Positions 35,748 through 50,769 of a stretch of 64,000 nt of DNA are shown here, piece by piece. Each line of letters opens with the position of its first letter. The first letter of the stretch is position 1. The translations under genes and the position numbers were made by a program. The stretch lies in contig OZ024740.1 of NCBI GenBank assembly GCA_964016885.1, positions 88,784,001-88,848,000 on the forward strand, read 5' to 3'. Source of the DNA: Eledone cirrhosa. Lineage: Eukaryota. Below the pieces are notes generated by a model. That model had not been told where the DNA came from, made no database searches, and saw nothing but the letters and a program-made list of their open reading frames with translations.

Positions 35748-38700
35748 TGCCACTGAGAGCGGCATTGAATTAATATGTAGTTCCTAAGATCAATGGAAAT
35801 ATGTTTTAGGAATTTTGTAAGTTATTGCACAATTCGATTCATTTCTGATGAAACATAAGAAAGGATTTAGCAACCTTGGAAATGGTAAGCTGTCATATTT
35901 ATCACCAATAATCTGTGAAGTAGAAATTGTTTAGTTGACGGCAACTAACATATTTCAGAGCATATGACACCCTTCCACACAATAATGGCCCGGAAAATAA
36001 AATGGGTCTTATATGCAGAGTTTAGGTATCTGGTAATCTAATGATTTTTCTAAATAGTCTCTGCTAAAACGAGAAGGGGGTTCGTATATGGCATCAAACA
36101 TGATACTTCTCAGTTTCAGTCGATTTGACAGCTGACTGATATTGATCAGGTTATAGGTATCGTGCGATATGTTTTTTCTAGAAATCCGGTTGAAAAGTAT
36201 TTTACTTTCCTGCAGGCTGGTACTCAGAAGGCTACTTCTCTGCTATACATTTTAAAAGATGATTGAAAGGATTTTGAAATGATTTTGAAATGATTTTGAG
36301 GGCAGTGCTATGATTTTGCCAGTAATATGTCTGATCATTACTCAGAAATACAATTGAAACTTACAGATGTGAATCGGGCAGCTATTTTCGTCCCTTGTAC
36401 TGCTAACTCATTGAATCTAGATGACCAGGTTACTGCTTCATGCTGTAATAAGACTGTGACTTATTCATGCATTGGTTACACATCTTTTTACCATCAACAT
36501 ACAGATAGGAAAATAAAATGAAGGTTTTGGAAGGTATGAAAAGAGCACTAATTGTGAATTTAATGTCAAACACGCACTGGTGAGCAAGAGCTAAAGCCCC
36601 ATAGATGAATGGGTCTACATTTAAAATATACTCCAAAACATTGAAAGTGACATGGAACAAACTACTAAAGCAAGTCAAATAACACAGATATTGGAAAACA
36701 AAGTGGACTGTTTGGAAATTGCTCTGATGAACAAGATCTGGAATTTAATTTGTGTATAATTCAACAACATAAGCAAAGATTTCCCAAGATTTAAATTTGA
36801 CTTGAATAGAGTAATTGATGTAACTGATTGACTAGGAAAGTGTCTGACTCCCTTTCAGGGTAGATATTAAATGTTATAACTGAAGACCAATAACTTCTGA
36901 GCCACCACAAACTACAATGCAACAACAGGTAGACCAACATGGCAATTCACATCCATCATCAGTCTGAGAGAAAATTGTTCGTTTCCCAGGAGACAAACTA
37001 AAATTCAAGACATTTAATGCATCAATATCAGTTGTGTGTTGTCTCACTGAAATGCAGATTAGCTCATGAATTAGTGCATAAGTTCACAGACATAGAGAAA
37101 GTATGTAGTTTGTCTGATGCAGAGTTACAAACTGAAGGTAAGAAACTTAACACTACCCCGTGAGTTGAATTATGTGGTGATGGAATAAATTATTCATGTT
37201 GCTGCCTTTCCCAAACTCACGTCATGTCTCAGGCCATAAAGACGGACGGTGGACAATTTGTTCATGAGAAAGGGGGCAATGACGCAAAAACGGTTAGAAA
37301 CTCCTGTTTGAAGTGTTATTGCCTTAGCATTTTGGTGTTTTTAAGAGATTTAGTGTAGTCGTTGTTGGTGAGAACTCTCTGAAATTCCACAGTGCTGGTA
37401 TGTTTGTAGTTAACCTCACTGCAACTGTTGTGCTTCCGGGAGATCTCCTACACTGTATAAGCAATTTTGACTCTATTATGAATGGTAGAATCATGGCACA
37501 CAAATATATTTCTGTAGGCATCCTTCTAGTAAAATCTGGTGTATATAGTCTCCTCCTCTGTGACTTTTATCTAAATTCGAGTAGAGAGAAATATCTAGTG
37601 TTGTCTCGGTGATGAACCCCACAATCCTCGCAGTCGAAACATCGACGACTCCATAGATGTGCCGGAAATAAGTAAGGAAATTTAAGAATTAAAGAAACTA
37701 TTTTTATCAACAAGAATATCCACAGATATATGATAGATTGGAAATGTATGAAGCAGGTTGTCTACTATAACGATTTCACGCATGCATATTTCAGACACGT
37801 AGACCAGGTCGGGAAGATAACGTCAATTATTCGTTTATGTTTTGAAAAGATAGTAATATATCTGAAATATCATGTTTAAATATACTGGGTAAAACTTTCC
37901 TTGTTACTTTGTTATCTCTCATCCTTTGATTTTTATATATTTCAACCGCATTGTACCGGGTTTTTTTAAAACTTTTCAGTCATTCATTACATATACTGCA
38001 AAATATCACAAAACATTTATTAGAATGTTTTTTCTACTGAAGTTCATTGAATCTGATTCGTGTTTACTCAGCAAAACATTTTATTTTAAAAGGTTACGTG
38101 CTCCCACCTAACTAATAAATAGGTTGATATAAGGACGAATGCCATGATATGTTTATTTATTAATTAAAAGTGATATCTCCATCTTTTCTTTTCCCTTAGT
38201 ATAGTTATCTTTTGTATAAATTACATAATATGTTCTTTCTTGTTCACATCTAGCAGAATAATTTATTATTGTTTTGTTTGTCGATTAAGAAAGTATTTCT
38301 TGTTCAAGGTAACGTATAATGAGACATTTCGAAACTTGTTAAAGTCCACAATATTCTCTTGTGTTTATAGAAATATTTTTTTCTCATCATCCATAGTGAA
38401 AAGATTTATATGTAGTGTAACGTAAACATTCACTACTGGTCTTCAGATTTGCCATCATATGTAGACAGACACTTTGATATCGATATATCATTTTGGTTCA
38501 GCTATATATTTGTATATTATATAGTTGGATAATCAGCAATTATATGTTATATAATTACTAAGTATAAATCAAAGTTAATTATTTATAAATTATATATAAT
38601 CCCTTAATGCTACAAAATTAATATATTAATATTATTTGAAGGATAGATATATAATTGAATCAATAATTAGATTTACGAAAACAGTCGTCGTTATTCCTGA

Positions 38701-40761
38701 CAATTAATATATTTTCGCTGTTATTCAACAACCGAACTTGACTAGGTTGTACAATAATTCTAGTGCACTGTGGGTGCTGCTTTTAATCAAAATGCCACTA
38801 GTTTGATGAAACCTTCCAGGAAAAATATATATATAGGTTGCGTAGAATATTCGGAATATCTTCAATACGTTTCACTATTTCAGTTAAAATTCCGCCTTTT
38901 ACATATTTTCACCCAAATTCATAAATATTATGAATAGAATTGTCTTTAAATTGAACTAATGATATATAAAATTAATGAAATATGTATCTCGAGATGAAGA
39001 AAAAACAAGTGGAACAATATAGAGCACGCAACTTAAACTAAATTTGAACAGTTACGTTATACTTTACATTGAAGATATACATGACTATAAAATATATCAT
39101 TTTCATAAATTTAAAACAAACTAATACATTGCAATTAAATCTTAATATTCATGCTTTGTTCTACATTGAACAATATTTAATTAATTCTATACCTAAGAAT
39201 AAAACAATAAACTGTTTCTTTAGATAACACACTAGATGGAACGTGACATTCCGTATGAATGTTACAAAAATACAACTATAGCATTTATCATTAGATATTA
39301 AATAAAATGTTTCTCGACATGGAGCATGATGTTTCGTTTCACATTAAGCTCATTGGTAGTGGGAAAAGGGTAAGTAACTACATACTCTCGGGACAGCTGG
39401 ACAGCAGAAGGTCAGCAAAGAAGAATCCCACGTTATGAAGTGATTCGATTTTTAAATCCTTACACTAAGAGGGCCACATACATATCATGATGCTTGGATT
39501 CCCTTCTAGTGACACTTTCTAACCACTTAGATATCGAAGACCTGTGAACCTAAACCGTATGGAAATCAATTTTATGTCTCCTCGACGAGAGCTAGCTGGA
39601 ACTTTAATAATCTCTGAAGTTGTAGAATGGAAGTATTCATGAATTTCATGAATTTGATAAGTAGTAAATAAATAATATACAAAGAGCAAGTAAACTTTAC
39701 AGTTCAGTTCACACTTGATCCATCATTGTGCCCCCTCTTTCCTTCAAATATATCATGAAACATACTAACATTATTTACTTAATTTTCCACAGACCATCAG
39801 CTCGCCGAATACGCTCCCAGCTCATCTTTTTTAAGCAGCTATAAACTTGCAGATGTTCAACAAGAACATTAACCATGCTGATCTCAATCTCGGAGGGCCC
39901 GGAAAAGTGATGCACACAGCTCCTTCCACCATTAAAAACGAATTTTGCACTATGCTTATTTACCCCCGACAAAAGTCTTATAAGAAAATAGCAGCTAGTT
40001 TAAAAGATAAACTTAAATCATATATTTTTAGAAAAATATTTGCTTGAAGATAACCACAAAAATATCGATTAATATCAATAAAACTGAAAATGATTTTGAA
40101 CTTTGTTTAACTTGGTTTATTTTAGTCGTCAATATTATCCTAAGTTTAAGAATTTTCTTTTTGTATTTGAAAACAAATCCCAATTGTATTAGCACTCTCA
40201 CAAAAATGTGTGAATATACGTAGATGCTGTTTAAGTGGATTGCCGGATTAAATGATATCTATTTTCCAGCGTCCAATATTTTCGACTATAAACTAATTCA
40301 AATAATGGAAATGTATGACAACTAGTTTGATCTTAACCTTCGGTTGAAATATATGCAATATTTTACTTTGGTGAAATCAGCAGACTTTCCATTGCCGTTC
40401 CTCTGGGATCTTTGACTTCAATTCCTGATCTCTCTAGCAAGGTTAATTATTCAAATGATATTCATATCAGCAGTGTCAAGCAAGCAGGCAAGCTACTTTG
40501 TTCGACCTACGATTTCTTAAATATATTCCCAAAGTATGTTTAGGAATTTCAGATCTTGAAGATTTTCTTATTGAAGTATACTTTTATTATTTCCAAAGTA
40601 CTAGTGATAGACACGCTCATAGACAAGCATATGTACACACACACACACACACACACCCACACACACACACAACACACACACACACATATATATATATATT
40701 TGCATGCATAACTTTATAAATGCATACACATAAATATAAGTACATACTCACACTCAAATAT

Positions 40762-41100
<339 letters not shown>

Positions 41101-41143
41101 GATAATATTGTTCCATTATATATTCAAAGTTCATTGTAAATAT

Positions 41144-41236
<93 letters not shown>

Positions 41237-41414
41237 GAACGGATGAAGAACCCAAAAACACACACTTCATCCGTTCCCATGTCGATTCAATTTGGATTGC
41301 CTCGGAAACATAACCTTATTATGTAACAAGCTGTCTGATGATGTCACGACACTCGCACACAGAACAGTGTGGCCAGTGTCGTCTTTGAAATATATATCAC
41401 AGCATTATTATAAA

Positions 41415-41466
41415 GCACCAGTTATGTACTGGGTAATTGCTGGCCTTGTGCCAAAAATAGAAACAA
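41415..41466 (+). mobile_element. SINE 3' tail fragment
   Basis: accagttatgtactgggtaattgctggccttgtgccaaaaatagaaaca followed by ATTATTATT. Confidence 0.8.
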
Positions 41467-41591
41467 TTATTATTAAAGGACTCGAACATCTGAAACTACT
41501 TCGCTTTTCCTTATTCGATATTTAATTCGTCACTCTTATGTGGAAAAGTACGTTGAGTGCTTGAATTGAATTGCATCAATGTTTACCCTAA

Positions 41592-41626
<35 letters not shown>

Positions 41627-42989
41627 CGGATAATATTGTTCCATTATATATTCAAAGTTCATTCTAAATATAATAATCGTGTTCTTTACAACACAGATAA
41701 AATCAGCAGTGTTTGCAATAAAATAATTCTGATGTATCTTTTATATGACAATTATTGATATACAGCAATTAATACTTTTGGTCTTATAGCAATATAAAAT
41801 TTAGAACACGCTTGTGTGAGCTAACAATTACCTTTACCCTGCATCGTGATAATATTGTCAAACAAACTCTTATGCGACTGAAATAATTTGAAAAGCATAG
41901 TATATTCGTTATTTGTAGTATAATATCTTATGCGTTGGTTGCAATGTATTTTCCAGTACATATATACTTGTTTTAAGCATGTATTTTATACACTATAGTG
42001 AGTAGGGTTATATTCACACATTCAACAATAGGTTATTTTAAATCAATACTGCTATTTAACTCATTATAAACATAATATATATGTTAAAATTTTCTCATGA
42101 ATTATTCATGTTATATACTTGCTTATTGTGTAAGGAAGATTATAATATATTTAATATGGGGAAATGTCGAAACATTTCCATTGAAGGATGCCACAATTTC
42201 GTCAACCTCTTACAATATGACATGAAATGTCTACTTCTGATTAGTGATTAATTAATCTCAATTTCTATCTTGCTAATCATTAAATCAATGATATTACACA
42301 CCAGTAGATTTGTTCATTCTCAAATCAAATATGTCATGCATTGCCTAATTACTTAATTCCTTATTTAAAGACAGTCACACATCAATCACATAATTACTCT
42401 GAAAATTAGGGACGCCTCACATCAACGAAATAACTAATCTCTAAAACGATAATTAAGGCTGCCACGTTTCAGTTGAATTCTTATCCCTGAAATTGAAGCT
42501 GCTATTATCCAGCCATGCACTTAATCTCTAATTATGGCTGAAATTGTACCGGCCACAAATTAATGTCATAAAAACAAAATACAATCCACAAATTTCCGAA
42601 ACATATTTATGTATCAATTGCAATAATGATGTACTTTTTCCAAAAGATCGGAAATGGTTTTAGTAATGGGGCCATGAAATCAATGAGATTAATTTCATTT
42701 TCTCTTCGTATTTGAAAATAGGTCATGTCAAATTAAATATTTTTCATTAGAAATATTTTTGTTTTTATTTTTGTTTTTTGTTTTGTTTTTTTGCAGACTA
42801 GGAAAATGATAATAACAGACGATGAAATTCAAATTCAAATAAACACATATACAAAGGAAAGAAAAAACCCCCAAACAATCCATGACTTTAATTTCCATCC
42901 TCACACCATAATCACAGAATTATGTTAAATATTATTAGTAAGGATTAATTAAAATATGTTATTATTTTCGTATGTTGTACACGATAGCG

Positions 42990-44280
42990 GACTAAAGGAC
43001 CGTCGATATAGCTAGCTGAACTGGTAGAGATTTAGGCCAACTAATCTAGTGTTATAGAGTAAACTCTTTAACACTAAGGATGTTAAACTGAAAGAATATG
43101 TTGACTAAGGGCAGTAGGTGAAAGGATCTCTTGAACTAAGGATGGTACGGAGTAGGATCTATTAAACAGAGGAGGGCAATGGGGGAACTGAGAATATTAG
43201 ATGGTACTCTATGCTGAACAGAGTGTGGTACAATGTAGACTATGGTGAAAGAAGGCTGGTGGATGGTAGAAATAGTGGACGTAATGATAATAGATGGTAG
43301 AACATTTTGTTGTAAGGAGAGAAGTTGGTAGAATCTGTTGATATAAGACCGGTTGATGAAAGTTTCTGTTTCTGTATAGCCGGTTGATGGTACAGTCTGT
43401 GGAGCTAAAGTTGATAGATGATAGAATGTGTTGAACGAATTTCGGTAGGTGGAAGAATCTGTTCAAATAAGGTCTTCAGATGGCGTCAGATCATTGCAAT
43501 ACCGACACCAGGTGTCTGAGACATTTCTCTGACACTTTGGCGTGGGTTTTGTTCAACAATTGCTTTCAATTGTTCATTGTCAAGACTGCATGACCGTCCT
43601 CTACCATCTTCATCTTCAAGGCTCTCATCACCACTACGGAATTTCTTAAACCACCTTCGTACTGTGCGATCACTTGTGGACCCCTCCACCCATGCTCTGT
43701 TGATATTGGCAGCTGTTTGGGAGGCATTTTGCCCAAGCTTGAACTCATGCAAGAAAAGTAAGCGAAGGTCCTTTTTTGTCATGTTCATAATTAAGGGCGC
43801 CTATGCTTCAAGCATGTTTTCTGTCTGAAATAAGAAGAACATTATTAAAGAGCATACATCAATTATTAAGTATGTCGAAATTAACCTAAAATATAATTAA
43901 AATACTATGATAAAATTGCGTTTCAAAATACAACACCTAGAGCGGCCATTTATTTTCGGAACAGCCTAATAGAATATGTTGATATAAGGACGTTAGATGG
44001 TAGAAGCTGTTGAACAAATGCTAGAAGATGGTAAAATCTATTGAACTATAAATCTTCATTTGTAGAGTTTGTTCATGAAAATATGAGAAATAGTAGCATC
44101 TCTTGAATTAAGGACGGCCAATGATAGGTTGCGGTGAACTAAGGATGGTTATCTGTAGGATCTCTTACACTAAATACACTATGGTCTATTGAACTGACGG
44201 TAATAAATTGTAGGATCCATTGATATGTGTAGAATTAAATGCACTACATGAAAAATCTATTGAAGATAGAAATGGAATCT
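42990..44280 (+). repeat. Degenerate tandem repeat of about 30 bp (GATGGTAGAATCTGTTGAACTAAGG-like), interrupted by the mariner fragment
   Basis: Recurring ggtagaatctgttgaa and aactaagga words on both sides of 43466-43971. Confidence 0.6.
43466..43969 (-). mobile_element. Mariner transposon 5' fragment (TIR + N-terminal HTH of the transposase)
   Basis: ORF 43486..43788 LFLHEFKLGQNASQTAANIN..RTVRRWFKKFRSGDESLED..GR is typical of mariner/Hsmar1-like transposases. TIR ttaggctgttccgaaaataaatggccgc follows TA at 43970-43971. Confidence 0.9.
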
Positions 44281-44993
44281 GTGTAGTGTCACACAGAATA
44301 ATGTGCTTTTTTCAATCCTGTTAATCTATGCTGTGAGTGTATATTCTGCAGTAGTTCACTGACGTTCCTGCCTCCAGCTTCAATAATCATTAGTCATGTG
44401 TAGTAGACGATGTATTTAGGGATGCAACTTTCTAGATATAGACTTTAGTGAAAACAATTTGGCCCTGCGTAAGTAAAGTATGAGGAAGCATATTCTATTA
44501 TTTTCATTCAAATATATAAGTATACATAATTAACTGAAATGCAATGTGTTATCATATATAAAAAGGTAGCATGTGATTTAATGGGAACTAGGGTGCAAAT
44601 ACTATCGGATCAGTCAACTGCATATACATTGCATTGTTGTCTTAATCCCACCTAGATTATGTGGTATTTTGCGAATGTGATAAGTGGTTAATGTGAATTG
44701 CCAAATACGGTAGAGTGTCTTACGTTATTTAGTTATGTTTCTTTAAGTTCCGATTTCTAATAACACTGGTCATCCCAGAGACAAATATAATATAAGTAAA
44801 ATATAGCTACATTCAAATTGTTTCGTTTTGTTCAAAATCGAAAATCCATGTTAAAGTACATTAAAAGAATTAGTTAATATTTCAACAGTTTGCATTGCAC
44901 ATCACAGGATCAAAGAAAAATGATAGGATGATCAAAAATAAAAGGAAGAAGTATTAAGATTACTGAATTATTTGTATCTAATATCTATAATAA

Positions 44994-45110
44994 TTGTTTC
45001 TACTTGTGGCACAAGGCCAGCAATCACCCCAGTGTATTACTCGTACTTTATTTTATCGACCCGTAAGGATGAAAGGCAATGTTAACCTTGGCAGGATTTG
45101 AACTCAGGCC
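44994..45110 (-). mobile_element. SINE, 5'-truncated
   Basis: Matches the central domain and tail. 3' end abuts AATAAT. Confidence 0.82.
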
Positions 45111-45834
45111 GTATATACTGATACTGAATGAAACAGAACCTTACAGAACAGACACATTAACACATTACCTGTCCACAGAAGGTTTAATGCAATCATAATC
45201 TATATAACTCGAGTTACTACATGCAAAAAACAAAACAAAAACATATTAATATAGATAGTTAATTGCTATCTTACAATAGTTTTTAAAAGTTGCTGAACGC
45301 CAGCAGCATGTATAAAGAGGGGATAAATATTTTAAAAAGAAAAGCAGACGGTAGCGGAATATGGTTAATAGGATGAGTTTCAGCAGTTCTCTGTCACTGC
45401 GTGGATTGAGAGGGGGTATATTCTTTCTTTCTGAGTCCGAAGGATAAAAATAACAGGTTTGTGTGTATCGTGTAAGAACGGTGTGATTACTTGCATTATT
45501 TTTTGTTACGAAAAATTAATACTTTTAATGTACATTAAACTTATTAATGTAGGAATTAAGGGAAACAATCTTGGCGATGAGGTTAAACATTAAAACGGGA
45601 TCTAGTTTGTTGTTACACTTCATGTATATAACAAATTCATGGTGAATAAAAATTTGATAAAAGGTAAATAAAATCAAATAATTGCTTACTGAGTTCAGAC
45701 ATATTTAAGGTTATCGACAGACATATTAACAAAAATAATGCAAGTTACATAGAAAAGCTGGGATTGATAATAAAATCGAGAAATATATATGAAAAAGAGG
45801 CTGTGGGATTATGAAGTGAATGTATTTAAAAAAA

Positions 45835-45990
45835 GCGGCGAAATGGCAGAATCGTTAAAACGTCGGATAGAATAGTTTGTGGTATTCTTTCAGATTCTCT
45901 GCTCTCTGAGTTCAAATCAGACCGAGGTCAACTTTGTTTTTCTTCCTTTTGAGGTTGAATAAAGTGTACCAGTCAAGTACTGCGGTCGAT
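45835..45990 (+). mobile_element. Older diverged SINE of the same superfamily
   Basis: A box TGGCAGAATCG, B box GAGTTCAAATC, then gaggtcaactttg..taccagtcaagtactg. Confidence 0.72.
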
Positions 45991-46646
45991 TCATCCTCCA
46001 TATCACTTTATCACCTCCTCTCTCTCACTTTCTATCCTTCTCTCGAAGAAATCTGCTGTACTCAGGCTTGGAGAGTGACGGGCTTCGCTAGGCTTAACAT
46101 GCCCAAGAAACGCCGTACGAGTTTGTCAATACTGCGTCCCTACGAATCCCTCAGGATTTACGGGACCATACCATAGCATACCATATTTATATAACTGTGT
46201 TTTTTCTAAACATTTCACTGGCATTCAGAATAAACGTATTAGGTATACATCCATAACACAGAAACACACACGCATTCACACATACACCACTATATATATA
46301 GTTTTATTATTATTATTAGAAGAAGACATTTATTATATGATGTGTTTTCTTATGAAGTACAAATAACGTCATATTTTCAATTACATTCGTTCGGTTAGAT
46401 ATGGAGATTTCAAAACAGGCATCTGATCTTTAAAATAGTAAATATTCTTTTAGCCATAATGCAAAAGAACATCAAATTGTAAAATATGATAAATAAAATA
46501 AAAAAGCCGTTCAGCTGAAAAGGCTCCTAGGTAGAATATTCCCCCCGAATCCTATACATTTTTTACAGAGAATTAGAACTGAGAAATGATTGATGATTAT
46601 GTAATCATGAAGTCAGCATACGACGCCGAGAATGAATTTTGTAATA

Positions 46647-46690
<44 letters not shown>

Positions 46691-46734
46691 GTATATATGT
46701 ATATCTTTTTCTCTCTATATTTATATATATATAT

Positions 46735-46830
<96 letters not shown>

Positions 46831-46873
46831 GTTAACATATACATTAAGTTATCGATATATACATGTTGCAAGT

Positions 46874-46939
<66 letters not shown>

Positions 46940-47414
46940 CATATATATATTGCTTTATTAGTCGAAATATTATATATTATGAGATTTAGCATGAAGTCGA
47001 AAAAAAGAGATATTTTCAATTATATCCGAATGGTTACCTATGAAGATTTGAAAATAGTCATCTTATCTTCTAAAAGGTAAATATTCTTTTGCTGATCATG
47101 AAAGTTAGCGCAAGATATAATAATGCTTTCTTTAGCGCAACATATAATAATGAAAACGAAATAACAATACTGTACAACTGAAAAAGTATCTAAGTAATTT
47201 TTCAGCGAAAAACAAACAAACAAACAAACAAACACATTTTTACCGCCTACTCCGTCCTACAAAGATTGATGGTTATATAATCATAGATTCCATAAAGGAC
47301 ATCGGGAAAGGAATGCACTTTTCACACCTTTGTAAAACACATGCATACACACACACACAAACTCACATATATATGTATATATATATGTGTATATATGTAT
47401 ATATATATATGTAT

Positions 47415-47453
<39 letters not shown>

Positions 47454-47550
47454 TGGATGCATACTTCAACAGGCACTAAGTACTTGTAGAAATATGCAAG
47501 GTGTTTATAATATTTGTGGTTCGATGGTACTAATTTGAGATACCAGAACA

Positions 47551-48008
47551 ATATAAAAAGAGCGGAGCAAGCGGTTATCAAACAATTTTCTAAATAAATT
47601 AAAAAACGATTTAAATAATCACCTGTTCTATTGCTGTTACCGACGGTTTCACCATTCCAAATATTGTAAATCCAGAGAATTTCCAATGAAAAGAAATGGA
47701 TCTTCAGACAGCTTATTTCCATACTATAAGGTTGCCAGCCTTACAGAAAGTAAATATTTCGCTTCCTGCCCAAAGCATGCGGTCAAGCCGTTAAAATGAC
47801 ACACACACAAAATCAGGTCGCAGATAATAGCTGTTTATTATAAACGTGTTGATACTGCCACTAAAATTAGTAGCATTATTCAACGTTTATTCTCTGGATT
47901 TACAATATTTGGAATGGTGAAACCGTCGGTAACAGCAATAGAACAGGTGATTATTTAAATCGCTTTTTAATTTATTTAGAAAATTGTTTGATAACCGCTT
48001 GCTCCGCT

Positions 48009-48016
<8 letters not shown>
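47551..48016. repeat. Inverted repeat (about 130-bp arms, about 208-bp spacer) ending in (TA)n
   Basis: 47551-47680 is the reverse complement of 47889-48016. Confidence 0.93.
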
Positions 48017-48078
<62 letters not shown>

Positions 48079-48080
<2 letters not shown>

Positions 48081-48257
48081 CGAACGAGGTGTGGTAGGGA
48101 ACCGGATGGACCATAACGCACCAAAGTACTCAATACTTAGGGTAGTAGAGTGGGTAATAGGAAAAAAGTTTATCCCCGACGGCAGAGCTCAAGCCATTTC
48201 GACGACTATTTCTGTCGTCGAAACGGATTGAGCTCTGCCGTCGGGGTTAAACCTTTT

Positions 48258-48261
<4 letters not shown>
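48079..48261. mobile_element. Small TA-embedded element: conserved segment plus hairpin of about 105 bp
   Basis: Segment shared with 40877-40960. Hairpin taggaaaa..cccgacggcagagctcaa..tttcgacgac(tatttct)gtcgtcgaaa..ttgagctctgccgtcgggg..ttttccta. Confidence 0.8.
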
Positions 48262-48320
<59 letters not shown>

Positions 48321-48322
<2 letters not shown>

Positions 48323-48917
48323 TAACAGTGGTACCCAACCCAGCGTTGCACAGGATAAGGTATTGTGAAATATATAACCGCCTTAGCTAAGATTAGTATT
48401 GCCACAACCTCGCTGGCAAAGAAGTAAGGTTCTGCTTGTACGTAAGTAAGCAACACTGGCTTAAAACATGGGGATGATGTTGTGTGCACTTGCCAACTGT
48501 TTGGGGAATACGTGTGAGATTTGTCTTGAGCAAGGGGGGCAGAATAACAGGAGGCATACATACAGACAGACATAGATACAGATATTATAAGGGCGCGTTC
48601 TGGACGCAGAGCGAATTCTAGGAAGTGACGTAATGCAGATAGCCAGACATACAGATAGATATTATAAGGCCGCGACGTTATATGTATGTATCTATCTAAA
48701 AAGAGAAATACTAAGATTTATTGAGAGAGATCGCTAAATCGCCTAATGCTAGGGCTTTGAACATTTGAAATGTTTTTTTTTGCTTAGAACACTCCCTGAA
48801 ACATAAGTATTACATGTGTAACGTTTGAAAACAGTCGGTTGGATGCTTCTCTAGTTTTAGGGATTCAAACTCACACACACACAGACAGACATCCTCAGTT
48901 TTATATATATATATAGA
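48321..48917 (-). mobile_element. Non-autonomous Helitron-like element (possibly compound)
   Basis: Minus strand begins TCTATATATAT..AAAA..GTCTGTCTGTGTG and ends with a GC-rich stretch plus TTAG|T (CTAG-like). Internal duplication of agacatacagatagatattataagg. Confidence 0.5.
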
Positions 48918-48936
48918 TATATATAGATATTCGTGT

Positions 48937-48977
<41 letters not shown>

Positions 48978-49456
48978 TGTGGGGGGGGGGGGGGGGTGAC
49001 TGTGCGTATTAAATATGGAAACAAGGCATACAACATCAATAAACAACATAAAACAAGAATAGATAACATAGTCCGAATGAGAAAAAAGTATTTTATATAA
49101 TTTATTTTTTATGAAAAAACGAAAAAGAACAACAAAAAGGAATTCGAAATGTGTATGCTTCAAGATAAGAAACACCCGTAGAAAATTTTGTATGTGAAGC
49201 TAAACATGAAATACATGATATATTATTGATTGCAAGGTTTGAGATTTGAGTAAACGGATGTGGAAAATAGTCTTTGAATGTAGTTTACTGCTCCGATGCA
49301 TTCCGATGTTAACATGAAACAAAACAAAGTAAACCACGACATATATATATATATATATAGACACACGTGAGCGTGCGTGTGCACAGACACAACACAACCC
49401 CATGCATTCACAGACACATACAATGGCTTACGCGCATGCACACACACATGTATGTA

Positions 49457-49495
<39 letters not shown>

Positions 49496-49643
49496 TACAC
49501 ACACACATACATATATTTATATATATATATTTATATATATATAGAGAGAAACAGGAAAGAGTTATTGAAGTTTTCTATGATGCACTATATTGGTAGTAGT
49601 AGACATAGGCAAGTACACTGATGTATATATATGTGTAAATATA

Positions 49644-49746
<103 letters not shown>

Positions 49747-49898
49747 GTATATATACTCAGACACACATAAGCATATAGGTGCAAAGTTGTAAACATAAGT
49801 AGATGCACCCAAATATGAAAATAGATAAACATAAAAGAGAATGTAGACTATAGACGGTTAGAATACGTAAATAAATGGACAGTCAGGTATATAATATG

Positions 49899-49937
<39 letters not shown>

Positions 49938-50769
49938 CACTATTTGAGGCTGATGGTATAGTCATAGAGTGTGTGCGAGGAAAAAGAGAAAGAAGAATAG
50001 AGAGACAGATAAATGAAAGAGACACGAATGGAGAAAAAGCATAATGAAATGCGTAGACAGACAAAAATGAGATAATGTCAGATTAGACAGACATACACAG
50101 ATAAAAAAAATACATAGAGAGTGTAAAAATATTTTATTGTGATGCAGAAAAAGTTAATAGTCGTAACTCTCCAAAGAGAAGAACAAAGCATTTAATATTT
50201 CAAGTTAGCAAGTTAGCTTTTAGCCTGGTTGTTGACTTCGTGTAACCTTTAGGTTACGTACTTTAGTAACTTCAAAGTGATATCTAAAGCTATATATTGT
50301 ACAATTGCAGTTCATAAAAAATACTGGAATGTGATATTGAAGCCATTGGTAAGTTTGAAGAATTTATTTAAAGCATAAACGATGAATGTTTATGAGGGAA
50401 ATATATTTTTAACAAAATAATAACGCTAGGTGTGTTCATTACACAATTTATTGAGTTTTTCATTTCAAACGGCATGAAAGCCTTTATTTCTAGAGTCGTG
50501 GTTAAAGTGAATTACCTCAAATGCAATATACTACCACTAGTTGTATTTTGTTAACATTTGAAGTACGGAAGGTTATATGACCGGAACTACAAGGCCTTGT
50601 ATTATCTAGCGGGAGAAAAGTGAGAATTGAATTAATTCTGTACGACTTAGACTTACTTACTAATCAGAAAATAGTCATTAAATTGTAATAAGCTATATTG
50701 ACCTAATAATCTGTGAGTGTTCATAAAGAAAGAAATTGTATTAGAGGGTTGCACAGAAGCATGTCCGAG

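Noticed and set aside
39847-39915. LNLGGPGKV resembling the Merlin/IS1595 GGPG..VEIDES motif
   Set aside because: The catalytic EIDES and all other motifs are absent, and the match is too short.
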